From Obrimoposthia wandeli (taxonomy: Eukaryota): a stretch of 64,000 nt of DNA. Location: positions 186,001 through 250,000 of the forward strand of contig CDROCS010001674.1 in NCBI GenBank assembly GCA_977020255.1, given 5' to 3'. The translations under genes were made by a program, and so were the position numbers. Below the pieces are notes generated by a model. The model ran no database searches, was not told where the DNA came from, and saw only the letters and a list, made by a program, of their open reading frames with translations. This document shows positions 1-10,528 of this stretch, piece after piece (within the stretch, counting starts at the first letter, position 1; each line of letters opens with the position of its first letter).

Positions 1-2
1 TT

Positions 3-467
3 GAAGCTTCTGGATTATCAGATCAATCTTACCCAATTGAAGTAGGTTATTCTTTACCAGACGGCAATGGCGAAAGTTTACTCATCAACCCTTTAACAGC
101 AAGCGATGTATGGCAGCATTGGGACGATTATGCTGAAAATGAAATACATCGAATCTCACGAAAAGAGCTTGAAATTAAAGGCAATCAAGTGGTTGAAGTG
201 TGCCAACATTTAAATGCTGTTCTTGGTAAATTTGAACATGTTTTTTGTGATAGCCAATGGGATCTTTTTTGGTTGGGCCGGCTTTATCATGCGGCGCACA
301 TGCGACCCTCATTTATGTTGACAGAAATTGGGCACTGGTTAATGCAAGAAAATGGTATTGAGCGATCACGCTTTCAATTGGCATTGGAAGAGCAAGGTCC
401 GATAAAGCACCGAGCAATGGAAGATGCCAAACAAATTCGACTCGCAATAACACGTTTAGTGGAATGA
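3..467 (+). CDS. 3'-5' exonuclease-like protein (DEDDh/DnaQ-like fold), 5' end outside the window
   Basis: Frame is open from base 3 (EASGLSDQSYPIEVGY...) into the 189..467 ORF; the EAS start fits the ExoI motif DxEAS. Confidence 0.6.
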   Translation, partial: EASGLSDQSYPIEVGYSLPDGNGESLLINPLTASDVWQHWDDYAENEIHRISRKELEIKGNQVVEVCQHLNAVLGKFEHVFCDSQWDLFWLGRLYHAAHMRPSFMLTEIGHWLMQENGIERSRFQLALEEQGPIKHRAMEDAKQIRLAITRLVE

Positions 468-592
468 AATATACGTTCATTTGTCTAGTGAAGTCAGATT
501 AAATTATAACACTGTAGCTACTGGTAAAGTGGTTACAGTCGTTTGTTAAATCGCTACAATTACACCATTATCCCTTTCTTCTTGAGTGGCTC

Positions 593-1708
593 TTGCTAAC
601 CCAAACTCTACGCGTTGCCATGTTTAATGTATCGATGTCTGAACCTGTATCAGGTCAAATCCTTAAACAAACCGCCAACGCTGAAAATAAGCGTTTTTCT
701 AAACTTGCCGCTATTATCCAATCTGTTCGTTCTGATGTGTTGTTACTGTGCGAATTTGATCACCCGGGTGACGGCGGTGATGACGGGGCACTAGCCAATT
801 TTTGTCATCATTATTTGGCTGTACCTCAGCATGGACAAGACGAAATTGAATACCCTTATCAATACTGCCCGCCGAGTAATACAGGGTTATTAAGTCCATT
901 TGATTTAAATGGTGATGGCGTAATTAGTCTGCCGGAAGATGGGTTGGGTTTTGGTGAACATCATGGTCATTTTAGCTTTGTGATTTTGTCTCGTTATCCA
1001 ATTCAAGTCGATCAAATTCGCAGTTGGCAGCATCTATTATGGCGAGACATGCCTGAACATTGTATGCCTGACGGTTTCTACAGTGAACAAGCACAAAGTG
1101 TATTGCGTTTGTCGTCAAAGAATCATGTTGTTGTACCTGTTGAAGTAAATAATCAAGTTATTCATTTGTTGTGTTGCCACCCAACCCCGCCTGTTTTTGA
1201 TGGTGAAGAAAAGCGTAATGCACGTCGTAATCATGATGAATTACGTTTAGTCACCGATATTATCAATAACGCTGATTATTTAGTGGATGACAAGGGTAAA
1301 AAAGGTGGGTTATCCAAAGCTGATTCGTTTGTTGTACTGGGTGACTTAAATGCAGACTCAGTTGATGGTGATGGAATGAAGAGTGCTATCCAAGGCTTGA
1401 TTTACCATAACAGAATTAATCGCTCCATTAGCGGGGGAATACTGACACCGAAGAGTCTCGGTGGCCGTTTCCATCGACCTTGGCAACCTCGTTCTGGTCG
1501 TTCAAATGAGTGGACGCATTTAAGCGGTTTACGATTAGATTATGTATTACCTTCAATGGATCTTAGCGTTAAACAAACAGGGGTATTCTGGCCGGATAAA
1601 AAAGACCCTTTGCGCCATTTAATTACCAATGAAAAAGGGAAAGAGCGAGCACAAGATGGCTCTGATCACCGTTTAGTATGGGCCGATTTACAGTTGTGTT
1701 CTCAATAA
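593..1708 (+). CDS. Endonuclease/exonuclease/phosphatase family protein
   Basis: 371-aa ORF with FNV, LLLCEFD, GDLNAD, LDYV and SDHRLVW motifs. Confidence 0.85.
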   Translation: MLTQTLRVAMFNVSMSEPVSGQILKQTANAENKRFSKLAAIIQSVRSDVLLLCEFDHPGDGGDDGALANFCHHYLAVPQHGQDEIEYPYQYCPPSNTGLLSPFDLNGDGVISLPEDGLGFGEHHGHFSFVILSRYPIQVDQIRSWQHLLWRDMPEHCMPDGFYSEQAQSVLRLSSKNHVVVPVEVNNQVIHLLCCHPTPPVFDGEEKRNARRNHDELRLVTDIINNADYLVDDKGKKGGLSKADSFVVLGDLNADSVDGDGMKSAIQGLIYHNRINRSISGGILTPKSLGGRFHRPWQPRSGRSNEWTHLSGLRLDYVLPSMDLSVKQTGVFWPDKKDPLRHLITNEKGKERAQDGSDHRLVWADLQLCSQ

Positions 1709-1802
1709 AAAACAAAGTGCTAACCCTCAATATTTCAATGTGACCTATCTTTAATGAGAGCCATTAATGTAAGAGATGCGTTTTAATGACAAGGAGTGGG
1801 TT

Positions 1803-2930
1803 ATGCCAGATAAAGTATTAAGCGGTGAAGGGCTTAGGGGGCAAAGCGCAGGCTCAACTGCGATTTGTACCGTGGGTAAAACGGGAACAGGGCTCACTTA
1901 TCGTGGGTATGATATTTCCGATTTGGCAGAGAGTGCTGATTTCGAAGAAGTGGCTTATTTACTGTTAAAAGGAAAGCTGCCCACTCAGGCACAATTGGAC
2001 GCTTATAAAACGGTACTGATTTCTTATCGTGGCTTACCGTTGGCATTGAAGGTGGTGTTAGAACAAATACCGGCCGATGCTCACCCCATGGATGTGATGC
2101 GAACGGGGTGTTCTATGCTAGGAAATTTAGAACAAGAACATGATTTCGGTGAAGAGTATGACAAAGCCGACCGTTTACTTGCCTTGTTTCCGGCCATTAT
2201 TTGTTATTGGTATCGCTATAGTCATCATGGGGTTCGCATTGAAACCTATTGCGACCAAGATAGCTTAGGCGGTTATTTTTTGAAAATGCTGACAGACCAA
2301 TCGCCCTCTGAATTACATAAACGTGTTATGCACTGTTCGTTAATTCTTTATGCCGAGCATGAATTCAACGCATCAACATTTGCCGCGCGCGTTTGTGCCT
2401 CGACATTGTCTGATTTACATTCTTGTATTGTCACCGCCATTGGTACGTTACGAGGCCCGTTACACGGTGGCGCAAATGAAGCGGCTATGGCAATGATTGA
2501 ACAATGGCAAACTGCCGATGAAGCTGAAGCGGGCATTTTGACCATGTTAGCAAACAAAGAGAAAATTATGGGGTTCGGACACGCGGTATATAGCGAATCT
2601 GACCCACGTAACGTGTTAATTAAACGGTGGTCGAAATTGTTATCAGAAGAAGCTGATGATGCGGTGTTATATGCGATTTCAGAACGTGTAGAAACCGTGA
2701 TGAAAAGGGAAAAAGGCTTATTTTGTAATGCGGATTTCTTTCATGCTTCGGCGTACCATTTTTTGAATATACCAACAAAACTGTTTACGCCTATTTTTGT
2801 CATGAGCCGCTTAACAGGGTGGGCTGCGCATGTGTTCGAACAACGCGCTCATAATCGTATCATTCGTCCAAATGCTGATTATATTGGACCCGAACACCAA
2901 GATTGGTTATCGATTGATAAACGGCATTAA
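1803..2930 (+). CDS. prpC: 2-methylcitrate synthase (stand-alone copy)
   Basis: GLRGQSAGSTAICTVG N-terminus, EHEFNASTF, GPLHGGANE, GFGHAVY, NADFF; start taken at ATG 1803 after a GGAG RBS. Confidence 0.9.
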   Translation: MPDKVLSGEGLRGQSAGSTAICTVGKTGTGLTYRGYDISDLAESADFEEVAYLLLKGKLPTQAQLDAYKTVLISYRGLPLALKVVLEQIPADAHPMDVMRTGCSMLGNLEQEHDFGEEYDKADRLLALFPAIICYWYRYSHHGVRIETYCDQDSLGGYFLKMLTDQSPSELHKRVMHCSLILYAEHEFNASTFAARVCASTLSDLHSCIVTAIGTLRGPLHGGANEAAMAMIEQWQTADEAEAGILTMLANKEKIMGFGHAVYSESDPRNVLIKRWSKLLSEEADDAVLYAISERVETVMKREKGLFCNADFFHASAYHFLNIPTKLFTPIFVMSRLTGWAAHVFEQRAHNRIIRPNADYIGPEHQDWLSIDKRH

Positions 2931-3196
2931 TATACCCAAGCTACCTCAAGATGCAGGATTCAGAGTGTTCTCAGCGTGTTTAATTCAAGGAAAATGAGTG
3001 TAGGAATGGCATTCCCTTTCAAACACATTTGACACAGAAGTAGATACGCTGAATCACTCCCGAAGGGCGAGTTTTGTTGGGCTCTATGCGGTGTTACTTA
3101 TTTTCAACGTAGAACGACTAGGTCTATAAATAAGCGCCTTGCCTAGAGCCCAACAAATTCTCGCTGAAACGAGCATCTTGAGGTAACTTGGGTATA
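2931..3196. mobile_element. ~266-bp TA-flanked MITE-like palindromic repeat, subfamily A, full length
   Basis: 24-bp terminal inverted repeats TATACCCAAG(C/T)TACCTCAAGATGC with one mismatch; internal nested hairpins; a homologous copy lies at 46570-46834. Confidence 0.85.
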
Positions 3197-3233
3197 TGCA
3201 AAGATGAACGAGACGATATCTGGCAGAGAGACT

Positions 3234-3860
3234 ATGGTGAATCGTGATCTGTTTACGGCAATAGATGCTGCTGATATGAGTTCAAAAGGGGAGTGGATAA
3301 CCATTCCTCAGGGGGTGTTGTATTGGTCACCTCAACACTTTTCGCCATCACAAGCGGAACATTATTTTCAGTGTTTGTTATCTGAGCTGAATTGGCGCCA
3401 AGAATCCATTCGAATGTTTGGTAAGCAAGTGCTACAACCTCGGTTGCAGGCTTGGTGTGGTGATGTGCCTTATACCTATTCAGGTTTAACGATGAATCCC
3501 GATCCTTGGACGACTACATTACAATCGATTAAAGAAAGCTGCCAAGCGATCACGAATACATCGTTTAATTCGGTGCTCGCCAATCAGTACCGTGATGGGA
3601 GTGATTATATGGGTTTTCATCAAGACAATGAAAGAGAGCTAGGTATTCAGCCTGTCATTGCTTCGGTGAGTTTGGGTGAAGAGCGGCGCTTTGTATTAAA
3701 GCACTTGCACACCAAGCAAAAAATTGAGTTTACGATGCATTCTGGCTCGTTACTGATCATGGCAGGTGATACTCAGCAATATTGGGCGCATTCCGTACCT
3801 AAAACCGTTAAGCCGATGTTGCCTCGAATTAACCTCACGTATCGATATATCTATAGATAA
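3234..3860 (+). CDS. AlkB-family 2OG-Fe(II) dioxygenase (ALKBH2/3-like)
   Basis: QPRLQAW, NQYRDGSDYMGFHQD (HxD), IASVSLG, HSVPK and RINLTYR motifs; start could be 3204. Confidence 0.85.
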   Translation: MVNRDLFTAIDAADMSSKGEWITIPQGVLYWSPQHFSPSQAEHYFQCLLSELNWRQESIRMFGKQVLQPRLQAWCGDVPYTYSGLTMNPDPWTTTLQSIKESCQAITNTSFNSVLANQYRDGSDYMGFHQDNERELGIQPVIASVSLGEERRFVLKHLHTKQKIEFTMHSGSLLIMAGDTQQYWAHSVPKTVKPMLPRINLTYRYIYR

Positions 3861-4079
3861 CCTTGTGTACGCTGCGATGAGTGAGCAATTTAATTATTTT
3901 TCGAGCTTTAGGGGAAAACGACCTAATGTCTCATTTTCAAACAATACCGCCTCTGCCAGCTTTATTTTGACCGTTTTCTGACGTTTGATTGATAGCATTT
4001 TTGTGCGTGTAATATACGCGAATTGTTGAAGAACAACAGATCGTCGTGTTATTGAGTAGGTTAATGTTTAAGGAGTTGT

Positions 4080-5216
4080 ATGAAGCCTTCAGTCTTAAAG
4101 TCGTTATTTAGCATTAAGTTACGATTTATTCCGGTCATATCGTCGGTATTATTAATCGGGTTAATACCGACAACTGTGAATGCGACGTCAAGCAGCGTTG
4201 AGCCGCCAGCGGTAACGAGTACTTTTCAGCAAGATGCCAAGATGATTCGTGATACTTATGAATCGCAGCTTTATACATTACCCGCGTTTAAATCGGGTCA
4301 TTATGGGCTAAGAATGTATCGCCAAACACTCGACTCCAAATACAATGCAGCGGTATGGTCTGATATGGCACGGGTTGCGAGTCGCTTAAATAAATTTGCC
4401 ACTGAAGTGCATACACCTGAACAGATTGCAGCGTACTCAAAACAACGCATAGATGGCTACCTTGATGAAAAAGATGAACGTAGTCAATTACGTTATGCCG
4501 CCACCAAAAATATGCCAGAATACCTATACCTTGGTGTTGATTTATTAGGTTCGATGGCACGTGCAAATGAATATGGCCTTAAACATCGTGAAGATGAAAA
4601 GCTGCGTAAGGTAATAGAACGCTACGACTTTAAAAAGTATGCGACGAATGAAGCGATGATCAAAGCATGGGCTGCGCAAATAGCCAATCAGGTCTATTGG
4701 TTACGCCAGTTAGGTGAGCAAGATGTGGTCGACGATTTCATTACGGCGTTTAAAAAAGCGTACCCAGATAATCAAGATAGCCAGCTTTCAGCTTACCAGT
4801 TTGGCAATAAAATCTATGGCTTAACCCACATTATTTTTGCTGCTTCAGAATATTATCAGCACCCTATTAAAGAACAAGAGTACCAATGGATTTTTGATTA
4901 TTACCGACAGAATATCGATACCATTATCGAAAGAGCAAAAGAGGATGTGATTGCAGAAGTAGGCATTAATTTCTTATTGGCTGGTTTAGATAACGATCCT
5001 GTTGTGCTTAAAACCCGAAAAGTGATTCAGAATGCGATAAACCGTGAACATGGCATAGTACCATCGGTTCGCGGTGGTGTGGGTCTACTCGATGGGGAGC
5101 ACCGTAATACCTTAGCCATCATGTTGTTAGATTGGAAAGGGGCACATATCGCGCCTACATATACAAAACAACCTGATGTTTTCTCGTCGATGCCTTACGG
5201 TTTAGAAGCGAAGTAA
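4080..5216 (+). CDS. Exported protein of unknown function, DUF3541-like
   Basis: 378-aa ORF with signal peptide; GHYGLRMYRQT and YGLTHIIFA segments recalled from Vibrionaceae DUF3541 proteins. Confidence 0.6.
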   Translation: MKPSVLKSLFSIKLRFIPVISSVLLIGLIPTTVNATSSSVEPPAVTSTFQQDAKMIRDTYESQLYTLPAFKSGHYGLRMYRQTLDSKYNAAVWSDMARVASRLNKFATEVHTPEQIAAYSKQRIDGYLDEKDERSQLRYAATKNMPEYLYLGVDLLGSMARANEYGLKHREDEKLRKVIERYDFKKYATNEAMIKAWAAQIANQVYWLRQLGEQDVVDDFITAFKKAYPDNQDSQLSAYQFGNKIYGLTHIIFAASEYYQHPIKEQEYQWIFDYYRQNIDTIIERAKEDVIAEVGINFLLAGLDNDPVVLKTRKVIQNAINREHGIVPSVRGGVGLLDGEHRNTLAIMLLDWKGAHIAPTYTKQPDVFSSMPYGLEAK

Positions 5217-5320
5217 GCGCACTCTGAATATTCGACGAATAAAAACGATAACGATGAAGTGTTCTGAAATGGTAAAAAACCCTCGCCATGTGTCATTAGC
5301 ACCATGGCGATAATGTCTAT

Positions 5321-5929
5321 TTAAAAGTACTTGCCTTTTATCGTGTTGTATTTACCTTTTAAACTACTGACCGTAAATGTTTTAACGGTAATGTTAGGCG
5401 ACCAATAAGCAGCGTTCCAACCTGCTTTTTGTTTTAGCTGGCGAACAAACTGTTGGGGCTTTGGCAGTTGTTTCCAGACTTGTGGTAAGAACAATGCTTG
5501 TTTATTACCATTGGATAAAATCACCCCCACTTTATGAGAGCTTAATAATTCGATTAACGCTTCTTCAGACTCGATGTCGACTATTTGAGGTTCTGATAAA
5601 ACAGAGATCTCAATGGTTAAATCATCAAGTTGGTCTTCTGTTAGTGGCATGAAGCGGCGGTCTTCATAAGCACTTGCTCTGGCTTTATTATGTACTTCAA
5701 GCACCAATGGCGAGTACGCAGCAGTTGAACCAAGGCAACCTTGTAGCTGTCCGTTAACTTCTAATGTGACGAAGCAGGCGGAAGGGGCCAATAATTTCTT
5801 ATGGTATAAATCAAGTTGTGGGGTTTTAATGACGCCTGTTGATAAATGCCCACGAATAGCTTCACGAGCAATATCTAAAAGTTGAGTTAATTCCCCTTTA
5901 TTGAATTTCTGATATGAGGTAACTGACAT
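5321..5929 (-). CDS. amrA: AmmeMemoRadiSam system protein A (AMMECR1 domain)
   Basis: CFVTL...LQGCLG, EDRRF, IEISVLS, LFLPQVW, LKQKAGW; adjacent to amrB and amrS. Confidence 0.9.
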   Translation of the reverse strand: MSVTSYQKFNKGELTQLLDIAREAIRGHLSTGVIKTPQLDLYHKKLLAPSACFVTLEVNGQLQGCLGSTAAYSPLVLEVHNKARASAYEDRRFMPLTEDQLDDLTIEISVLSEPQIVDIESEEALIELLSSHKVGVILSNGNKQALFLPQVWKQLPKPQQFVRQLKQKAGWNAAYWSPNITVKTFTVSSLKGKYNTIKGKYF

Positions 5930-6686
5930 ATCCAACGACTCTCTCCTTATCTCCTGCGGTATCACCAGAGTTTTTTAATTCCATTCGTGTTAATTGGTAT
6001 CCCCGTTTTTTTGCCAGTAATAGCAACGCATTTATTCCTGTTGAGCCACACGCTTGCTCTGCAGTTAATGATGGTTCAAAACGTTCGATGGTAGAGCAGG
6101 TGTTTTGATCAATACATTGTGCATCCGAATAGGGATGAAAATGGCTTAAATCACTGCTTATTACGAGCAATGTATCTTTTTGCTGCCACAGTGCATCGAT
6201 GATCTTTGCTACATTGATAGAGGAAATATCACTAGTAAGCAGTGGTAACACCGTAAATTGATGTAAGCACGTTTGTAAAAAAGGCAGTTGTACTTCAAGG
6301 CAGTGTTCTTGCGCATGAACTTGATCTGATACCTTAATATTATCTATTTTACGTAGATAATCAACAGATTGTATGTCGATTAATATGCTGCCTAATGGTG
6401 TTGAAAAATAGCGTGAATTAGGTACTGCACAACCATGAAACGCGTATCTATGACTCGGCCCAATCAAGATAACTTTTTTAATCGTTTCTGCCTGACGTTG
6501 AAGTTGACAGTACGCTTTTGCAGCAACCTGACCTGAATAGATATACCCAGCATGCGGCACGATTAACGCGCGGATTAAACCGCGATGTGTTGCTGGTGGT
6601 GAACACCAATCATCAAGCTGTTGTTGCAAAAGTGATGCAGATTTTTCATAAAATCGACCAGCTACAGCTGGGAGACGCGTTGCCAT
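5898..6686 (-). CDS. amrB: AmmeMemoRadiSam system protein B (MEMO1 family)
   Basis: AVAGRFY, PHAGYIYSG, GPSH, EHCLEVQLPFLQ, SSDLSHF, NSGD and VVGY motifs. Confidence 0.92.
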   Translation of the reverse strand: MATRLPAVAGRFYEKSASLLQQQLDDWCSPPATHRGLIRALIVPHAGYIYSGQVAAKAYCQLQRQAETIKKVILIGPSHRYAFHGCAVPNSRYFSTPLGSILIDIQSVDYLRKIDNIKVSDQVHAQEHCLEVQLPFLQTCLHQFTVLPLLTSDISSINVAKIIDALWQQKDTLLVISSDLSHFHPYSDAQCIDQNTCSTIERFEPSLTAEQACGSTGINALLLLAKKRGYQLTRMELKNSGDTAGDKERVVGYVSYLISEIQ

Positions 6687-6772
6687 AGGCCTATTTCCAT
6701 AGAAATCACACAGATATTATGTACAGGACTATATTTAGTATAGGTAAGAAATTTTCTTTGTGAGTCATAAAC

Positions 6773-7852
6773 ATGCAATCACCCCCAGATTTTTTTAAAA
6801 CACAGTATTGGCATCGCTTAGATGATGGTCGCGTTGTGTGTGACTTGTGTCCGAGACATTGTCGGTTGCGTGAAGGCAAGCTTGGAGCGTGTTTTGTTCG
6901 GCAAGCACACAATGGGGAAATTGTATTAACGAGTTATGGGCGTTCAAGTGGATTTTGTATCGATCCTATCGAGAAAAAACCGCTCAATCATTTTTACCCA
7001 GGCAGTTCAGTACTGTCTTTCGGCACTGCAGGGTGTAATTTAAGTTGCAAATTTTGCCAAAATTGGAGTATCAGTAAATCGCGCAAGATTGATACTTTAG
7101 GGCAACAAGCAATGCCAGAACAAATCGCCCAAGCAGCAAAATCACAAGGTTGTGACAGCATCGCTTTTACCTATAACGACCCTGTGATTTTTTTGGAATA
7201 TGCTGTCGATGTTGCTCAGGCTTGTCATGAAGAAGGAATCAATAGTGTCGCGGTGAGTGCGGGCTATATATGCGATGCACCTAGAGTCGATTTTTTCCGT
7301 TATATGGATGCGGCCAATATTGATTTAAAAGCCTTTACAGAGCATTTCTATCACAAGATTTGTAGCGGTCACCTTGCGCCAGTGCTTGATACCTTGTTGT
7401 ATCTTCGACATGAAACGGATGTGTGGTTTGAAATAACCACGTTATTGATCCCCGATGAAAACGACAGCATTGCTGAAATCGAAGCGTTAAGCCGTTGGGT
7501 ATTTGACAATTTAGGACCCGATATTCCCATTCATTTTAGTGCCTTTCATCCCGATTTCAAAATGAATGACAAGCCCAGAACTGCGCCTTATATTGTGCAG
7601 CGAGCTAGAGAAATTGCGATTAAGAACGGATTACATTATGCCTATGTCGGTAATATTTATGATGAAGCAGGAGATAGTACCTATTGCCCTAATTGCAGTA
7701 AAAAAGTGATTTCACGTAACTGGTTTCAGCTTGGGCAGTATGCGGTCGACAGCACGGGTAAGTGTTCATATTGTGGTTATCAGTTGGCAGGACGGTTTGC
7801 AGCAAAGAAAAAAGCGTTCGGACGGCAGCGTATTCCAATACGTATTAGCTGA
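6773..7852 (+). CDS. amrS: AmmeMemoRadiSam system radical SAM enzyme
   Basis: CDLCPRHC, DPIEKKPLNHF, radical SAM CNLSCKFC, C-terminal CPNC...CSYC; divergent from amrB. Confidence 0.92.
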   Translation: MQSPPDFFKTQYWHRLDDGRVVCDLCPRHCRLREGKLGACFVRQAHNGEIVLTSYGRSSGFCIDPIEKKPLNHFYPGSSVLSFGTAGCNLSCKFCQNWSISKSRKIDTLGQQAMPEQIAQAAKSQGCDSIAFTYNDPVIFLEYAVDVAQACHEEGINSVAVSAGYICDAPRVDFFRYMDAANIDLKAFTEHFYHKICSGHLAPVLDTLLYLRHETDVWFEITTLLIPDENDSIAEIEALSRWVFDNLGPDIPIHFSAFHPDFKMNDKPRTAPYIVQRAREIAIKNGLHYAYVGNIYDEAGDSTYCPNCSKKVISRNWFQLGQYAVDSTGKCSYCGYQLAGRFAAKKKAFGRQRIPIRIS

Positions 7853-7947
7853 ATTTTTTATTGAAATATTGTATTCGCCCATTGTATTTGACCCTCACTT
7901 TCCATTATCGTACCGCTATTAAAGCTAATCAGTCTAAATGGAATACC

Positions 7948-8256
7948 ATGTCTACAATGACCATTGAACAGTTATCAGAATACAAAAACCTTGTAATTAC
8001 TCAGCCACATTGCCCATTTTGTGTAAAAGCAAAAGCGCTTTTAGATGATAGCGATACAGAGTACACAACACTAGTACTCGGTACTGATCTTGAAAAAACA
8101 GAGATGGTTGCTTTCATTGAATACGTTGCAAATACGACAGTTCGTACTGTGCCACAAATCATTCTTGATGGTAAATTCATTGGTGGGCATGATGATTTAG
8201 TCGCTTTTCTTGAACGCCAAGTGAATACCGAAGAATTAGGTGATTTCGAACTATAA
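7948..8256 (+). CDS. Glutaredoxin
   Basis: CPFC active site, TVPQI, FIGG; start taken at ATG 7948. Confidence 0.85.
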   Translation: MSTMTIEQLSEYKNLVITQPHCPFCVKAKALLDDSDTEYTTLVLGTDLEKTEMVAFIEYVANTTVRTVPQIILDGKFIGGHDDLVAFLERQVNTEELGDFEL

Positions 8257-8270
8257 GTTTGAATGACTTC

Positions 8271-8295
8271 AAAGGCTCCTACGGGAGCCTTTTTA
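8271..8295 (+). terminator. Intrinsic terminator of the glutaredoxin gene; also the candidate left attachment site
   Basis: AAGGCTCC-tacg-GGAGCCTT followed by a T-run. Confidence 0.8.
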
Positions 8296-8385
8296 AATCA
8301 TTTTTAACCAATTTATTACGTATTAATTCAATGATTTATTGATAAAAAATGTTGTTGGGTATTGTTAATTATTGCTGCTTTTTTG

Positions 8386-8463
8386 TCATAATGTGGACAA
8401 TGGATTTAGTATTTTTGCTTCATTTAAGTAGTCAGGTGCTAAGTGCGCATATGTCATGGTTTG
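8386..8463 (-). pseudogene. C-terminal relic of a tyrosine recombinase (P2/HP1-like phage integrase)
   Basis: Hand translation of the minus strand gives QTMTYAHLAPDYLNEAKILNPLSTL*, matching the TM.YAH(L/F)APD.L...NPL tail that carries the catalytic Tyr; upstream codons do not continue the protein. Confidence 0.75.
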
Positions 8464-8569
8464 CCCCCCCCATGTGAGTGAGATCCATGGGGCTGATGGT
8501 GGCTTTCAGGCGATTATGGCTTGTTGAAATACCGCGCCTTACATCCATTTTGTAATTTCAGCTTATGCG

Positions 8570-10492
8570 TTAAATCTTAAACTGCCCAATTAGATTCTTT
8601 AAACGGCCGGATAATGCATTTAGCTGATGACAGGCTTCTATCGTCTGGCTGGAAGCATCTGACGTTTGATAGCTTTGTTCGCTGATTTTCTCTATGTTCC
8701 GGCCGATATCAGAAACCACGGCATTTTGTTCTTCCGTCGCGGTCGCAACCTGGGTGTTAATATCATTTATGGTGGAAATGGTTTGCTGAATCGTGGCTAA
8801 AGAGCTACCTATCTTGCCTACCAGTTCTAAGCTTAATTTACTGCTGCTTTGCCCTTCATCCATCACATCAACAGCTTCTTTGGTGCCTTGCTGCAGTTGT
8901 GTAATCATTTCCTGTATTTCAAGCGTTGATTGGTTTGTTCTGTGTGCCAGTGAACGAACCTCATCTGCGACAACAGCAAATCCCCGGCCATGATCGCCGG
9001 CTCGGGCTGCTTCAATTGCAGCGTTCAGCGCGAGCAGATTGATTTGATCTGAAATACCATTGATGACATCGATGATGGCTCCAATTTTGTCGGTTTGATG
9101 GGCGAGGTTGGCAATGACCGAAGAGGCTGAATTAACATTGCGAGATAACGCCGACATCGAGTCAATATTGCTTTGGACAATATCGATGCCGTTCGACACT
9201 TCATTGTTGCCTTGCTGAGCCGAGTCCGCAGCGATTGAGGCGTTGCGTGCCATTTCCGAAATGGTGGTGCCCATTTCATTAATCGCCGTTGCGATTTGCG
9301 TTGTCTGCTCTTTTTGATCCTCTACAATATTTCCTGCACCTTCAGAGAGCTGTTTGGTGTTTTCAATTGAGGTGACCAACTCTGTACTGACATGTGAAAC
9401 TTCTTTTATCGAATCGTGTATTTTTTCGATAAAGCTATTGAAGCCTATTGAAAGCTCGGTTATTTCATCATTACCTTTTATCTCTAGTCTCTGGTTGAGA
9501 TCGCCTTCACCTTCACCAATGTCACGCATTAAATGGGCGACATTACGTATAGGAGTCACGATCCTTGCGGCTAAAAACGCAGCAAGAAGGGTAAATAATA
9601 CCGCCAGGGCGATATTAATGAGGATGTTTTTTTCAGTGACGGAGTCATAAGCGCGATATAATTCGTTTTCGGAAATTTCCGCAACAATATACAGATCAAT
9701 AATGGGCAAGTAACTTGAGGCAATAAGGTGTGTACCTTGATCGGTAATCAGTTTATTAAGGCTGAACTCTTGCTGATTCAGCAATGTTGATGTCAGAGAC
9801 GCGGGTAACTGATTTTTCATGATTCCCGTCTCAGGCTGTATTCTGATTTCGCCCTGTTGTGAGACAAGATACACGCCACCTGTTTCGCCCAACTTGTATT
9901 GTCGCAGCATGTCGGATAATTGACTGAGGTCAATTGCCATACCGGAAACTGATAGCGGTTCGCCATTTTTAATGGTCAGATTATTGATAAATAGGCGTTC
10001 CTGTCCTTCTTGGCCAGTATCAAAAGTCAGATTGACGGCTTCACCAGTACGAAGTTGGTTATATAACCATGAGTAGGCTGGATCATCGGCTGAAACTGCC
10101 CCTCTGAGCCCTTCGCCCGAGCGGTAGTCACGTAAGCCTTTCATTGAAACCAGGAAGGTACCGTTTACATTTCCCATCCTCGTCAGCGAATCTAATTGGC
10201 TTAAGACTTCGGCTCGTCTGCTATCGGGTTCGCCATTTATTATCCAGTTCTGAATAAAGACATTGCTGGCTAATTGACTGGCTGCTTGAACCGGAAGGTT
10301 AATATCACTTTCTATGGCTTCACGAATGACCGCAAGGGCCGTCGGTAACTGTTGCTCTTCAACTTGCTTGAGCATCAACTGTTTTACCTGATAATTGTTT
10401 ATCAGTGTTGTTGCTGAAAGTGAGAAGAGTAGCGCAATACAGGTAGCGAATATGATTTTATTTTTTATTGATATGCGATTGAGCTTATTCAT
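8570..10492 (-). CDS. Methyl-accepting chemotaxis protein (Cache, HAMP and signalling domains)
   Basis: Two TM segments, HAMP ([17 protein letters not shown]), signalling hairpin [30 protein letters not shown]. Confidence 0.95.
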   Translation of the reverse strand: MNKLNRISIKNKIIFATCIALLFSLSATTLINNYQVKQLMLKQVEEQQLPTALAVIREAIESDINLPVQAASQLASNVFIQNWIINGEPDSRRAEVLSQLDSLTRMGNVNGTFLVSMKGLRDYRSGEGLRGAVSADDPAYSWLYNQLRTGEAVNLTFDTGQEGQERLFINNLTIKNGEPLSVSGMAIDLSQLSDMLRQYKLGETGGVYLVSQQGEIRIQPETGIMKNQLPASLTSTLLNQQEFSLNKLITDQGTHLIASSYLPIIDLYIVAEISENELYRAYDSVTEKNILINIALAVLFTLLAAFLAARIVTPIRNVAHLMRDIGEGEGDLNQRLEIKGNDEITELSIGFNSFIEKIHDSIKEVSHVSTELVTSIENTKQLSEGAGNIVEDQKEQTTQIATAINEMGTTISEMARNASIAADSAQQGNNEVSNGIDIVQSNIDSMSALSRNVNSASSVIANLAHQTDKIGAIIDVINGISDQINLLALNAAIEAARAGDHGRGFAVVADEVRSLAHRTNQSTLEIQEMITQLQQGTKEAVDVMDEGQSSSKLSLELVGKIGSSLATIQQTISTINDINTQVATATEEQNAVVSDIGRNIEKISEQSYQTSDASSQTIEACHQLNALSGRLKNLIGQFKI

Positions 10493-10528
10493 TGGTTACT
10501 TCTACTTCAGGTAGCAAATAAGAGGGGG

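Noticed and set aside
8440-8470. c-di-GMP-I riboswitch (GGCAAACC on the minus strand)
   Set aside because: No GNRA stem or GACGCAAAGCC follows; the sequence is better explained as the integrase relic.
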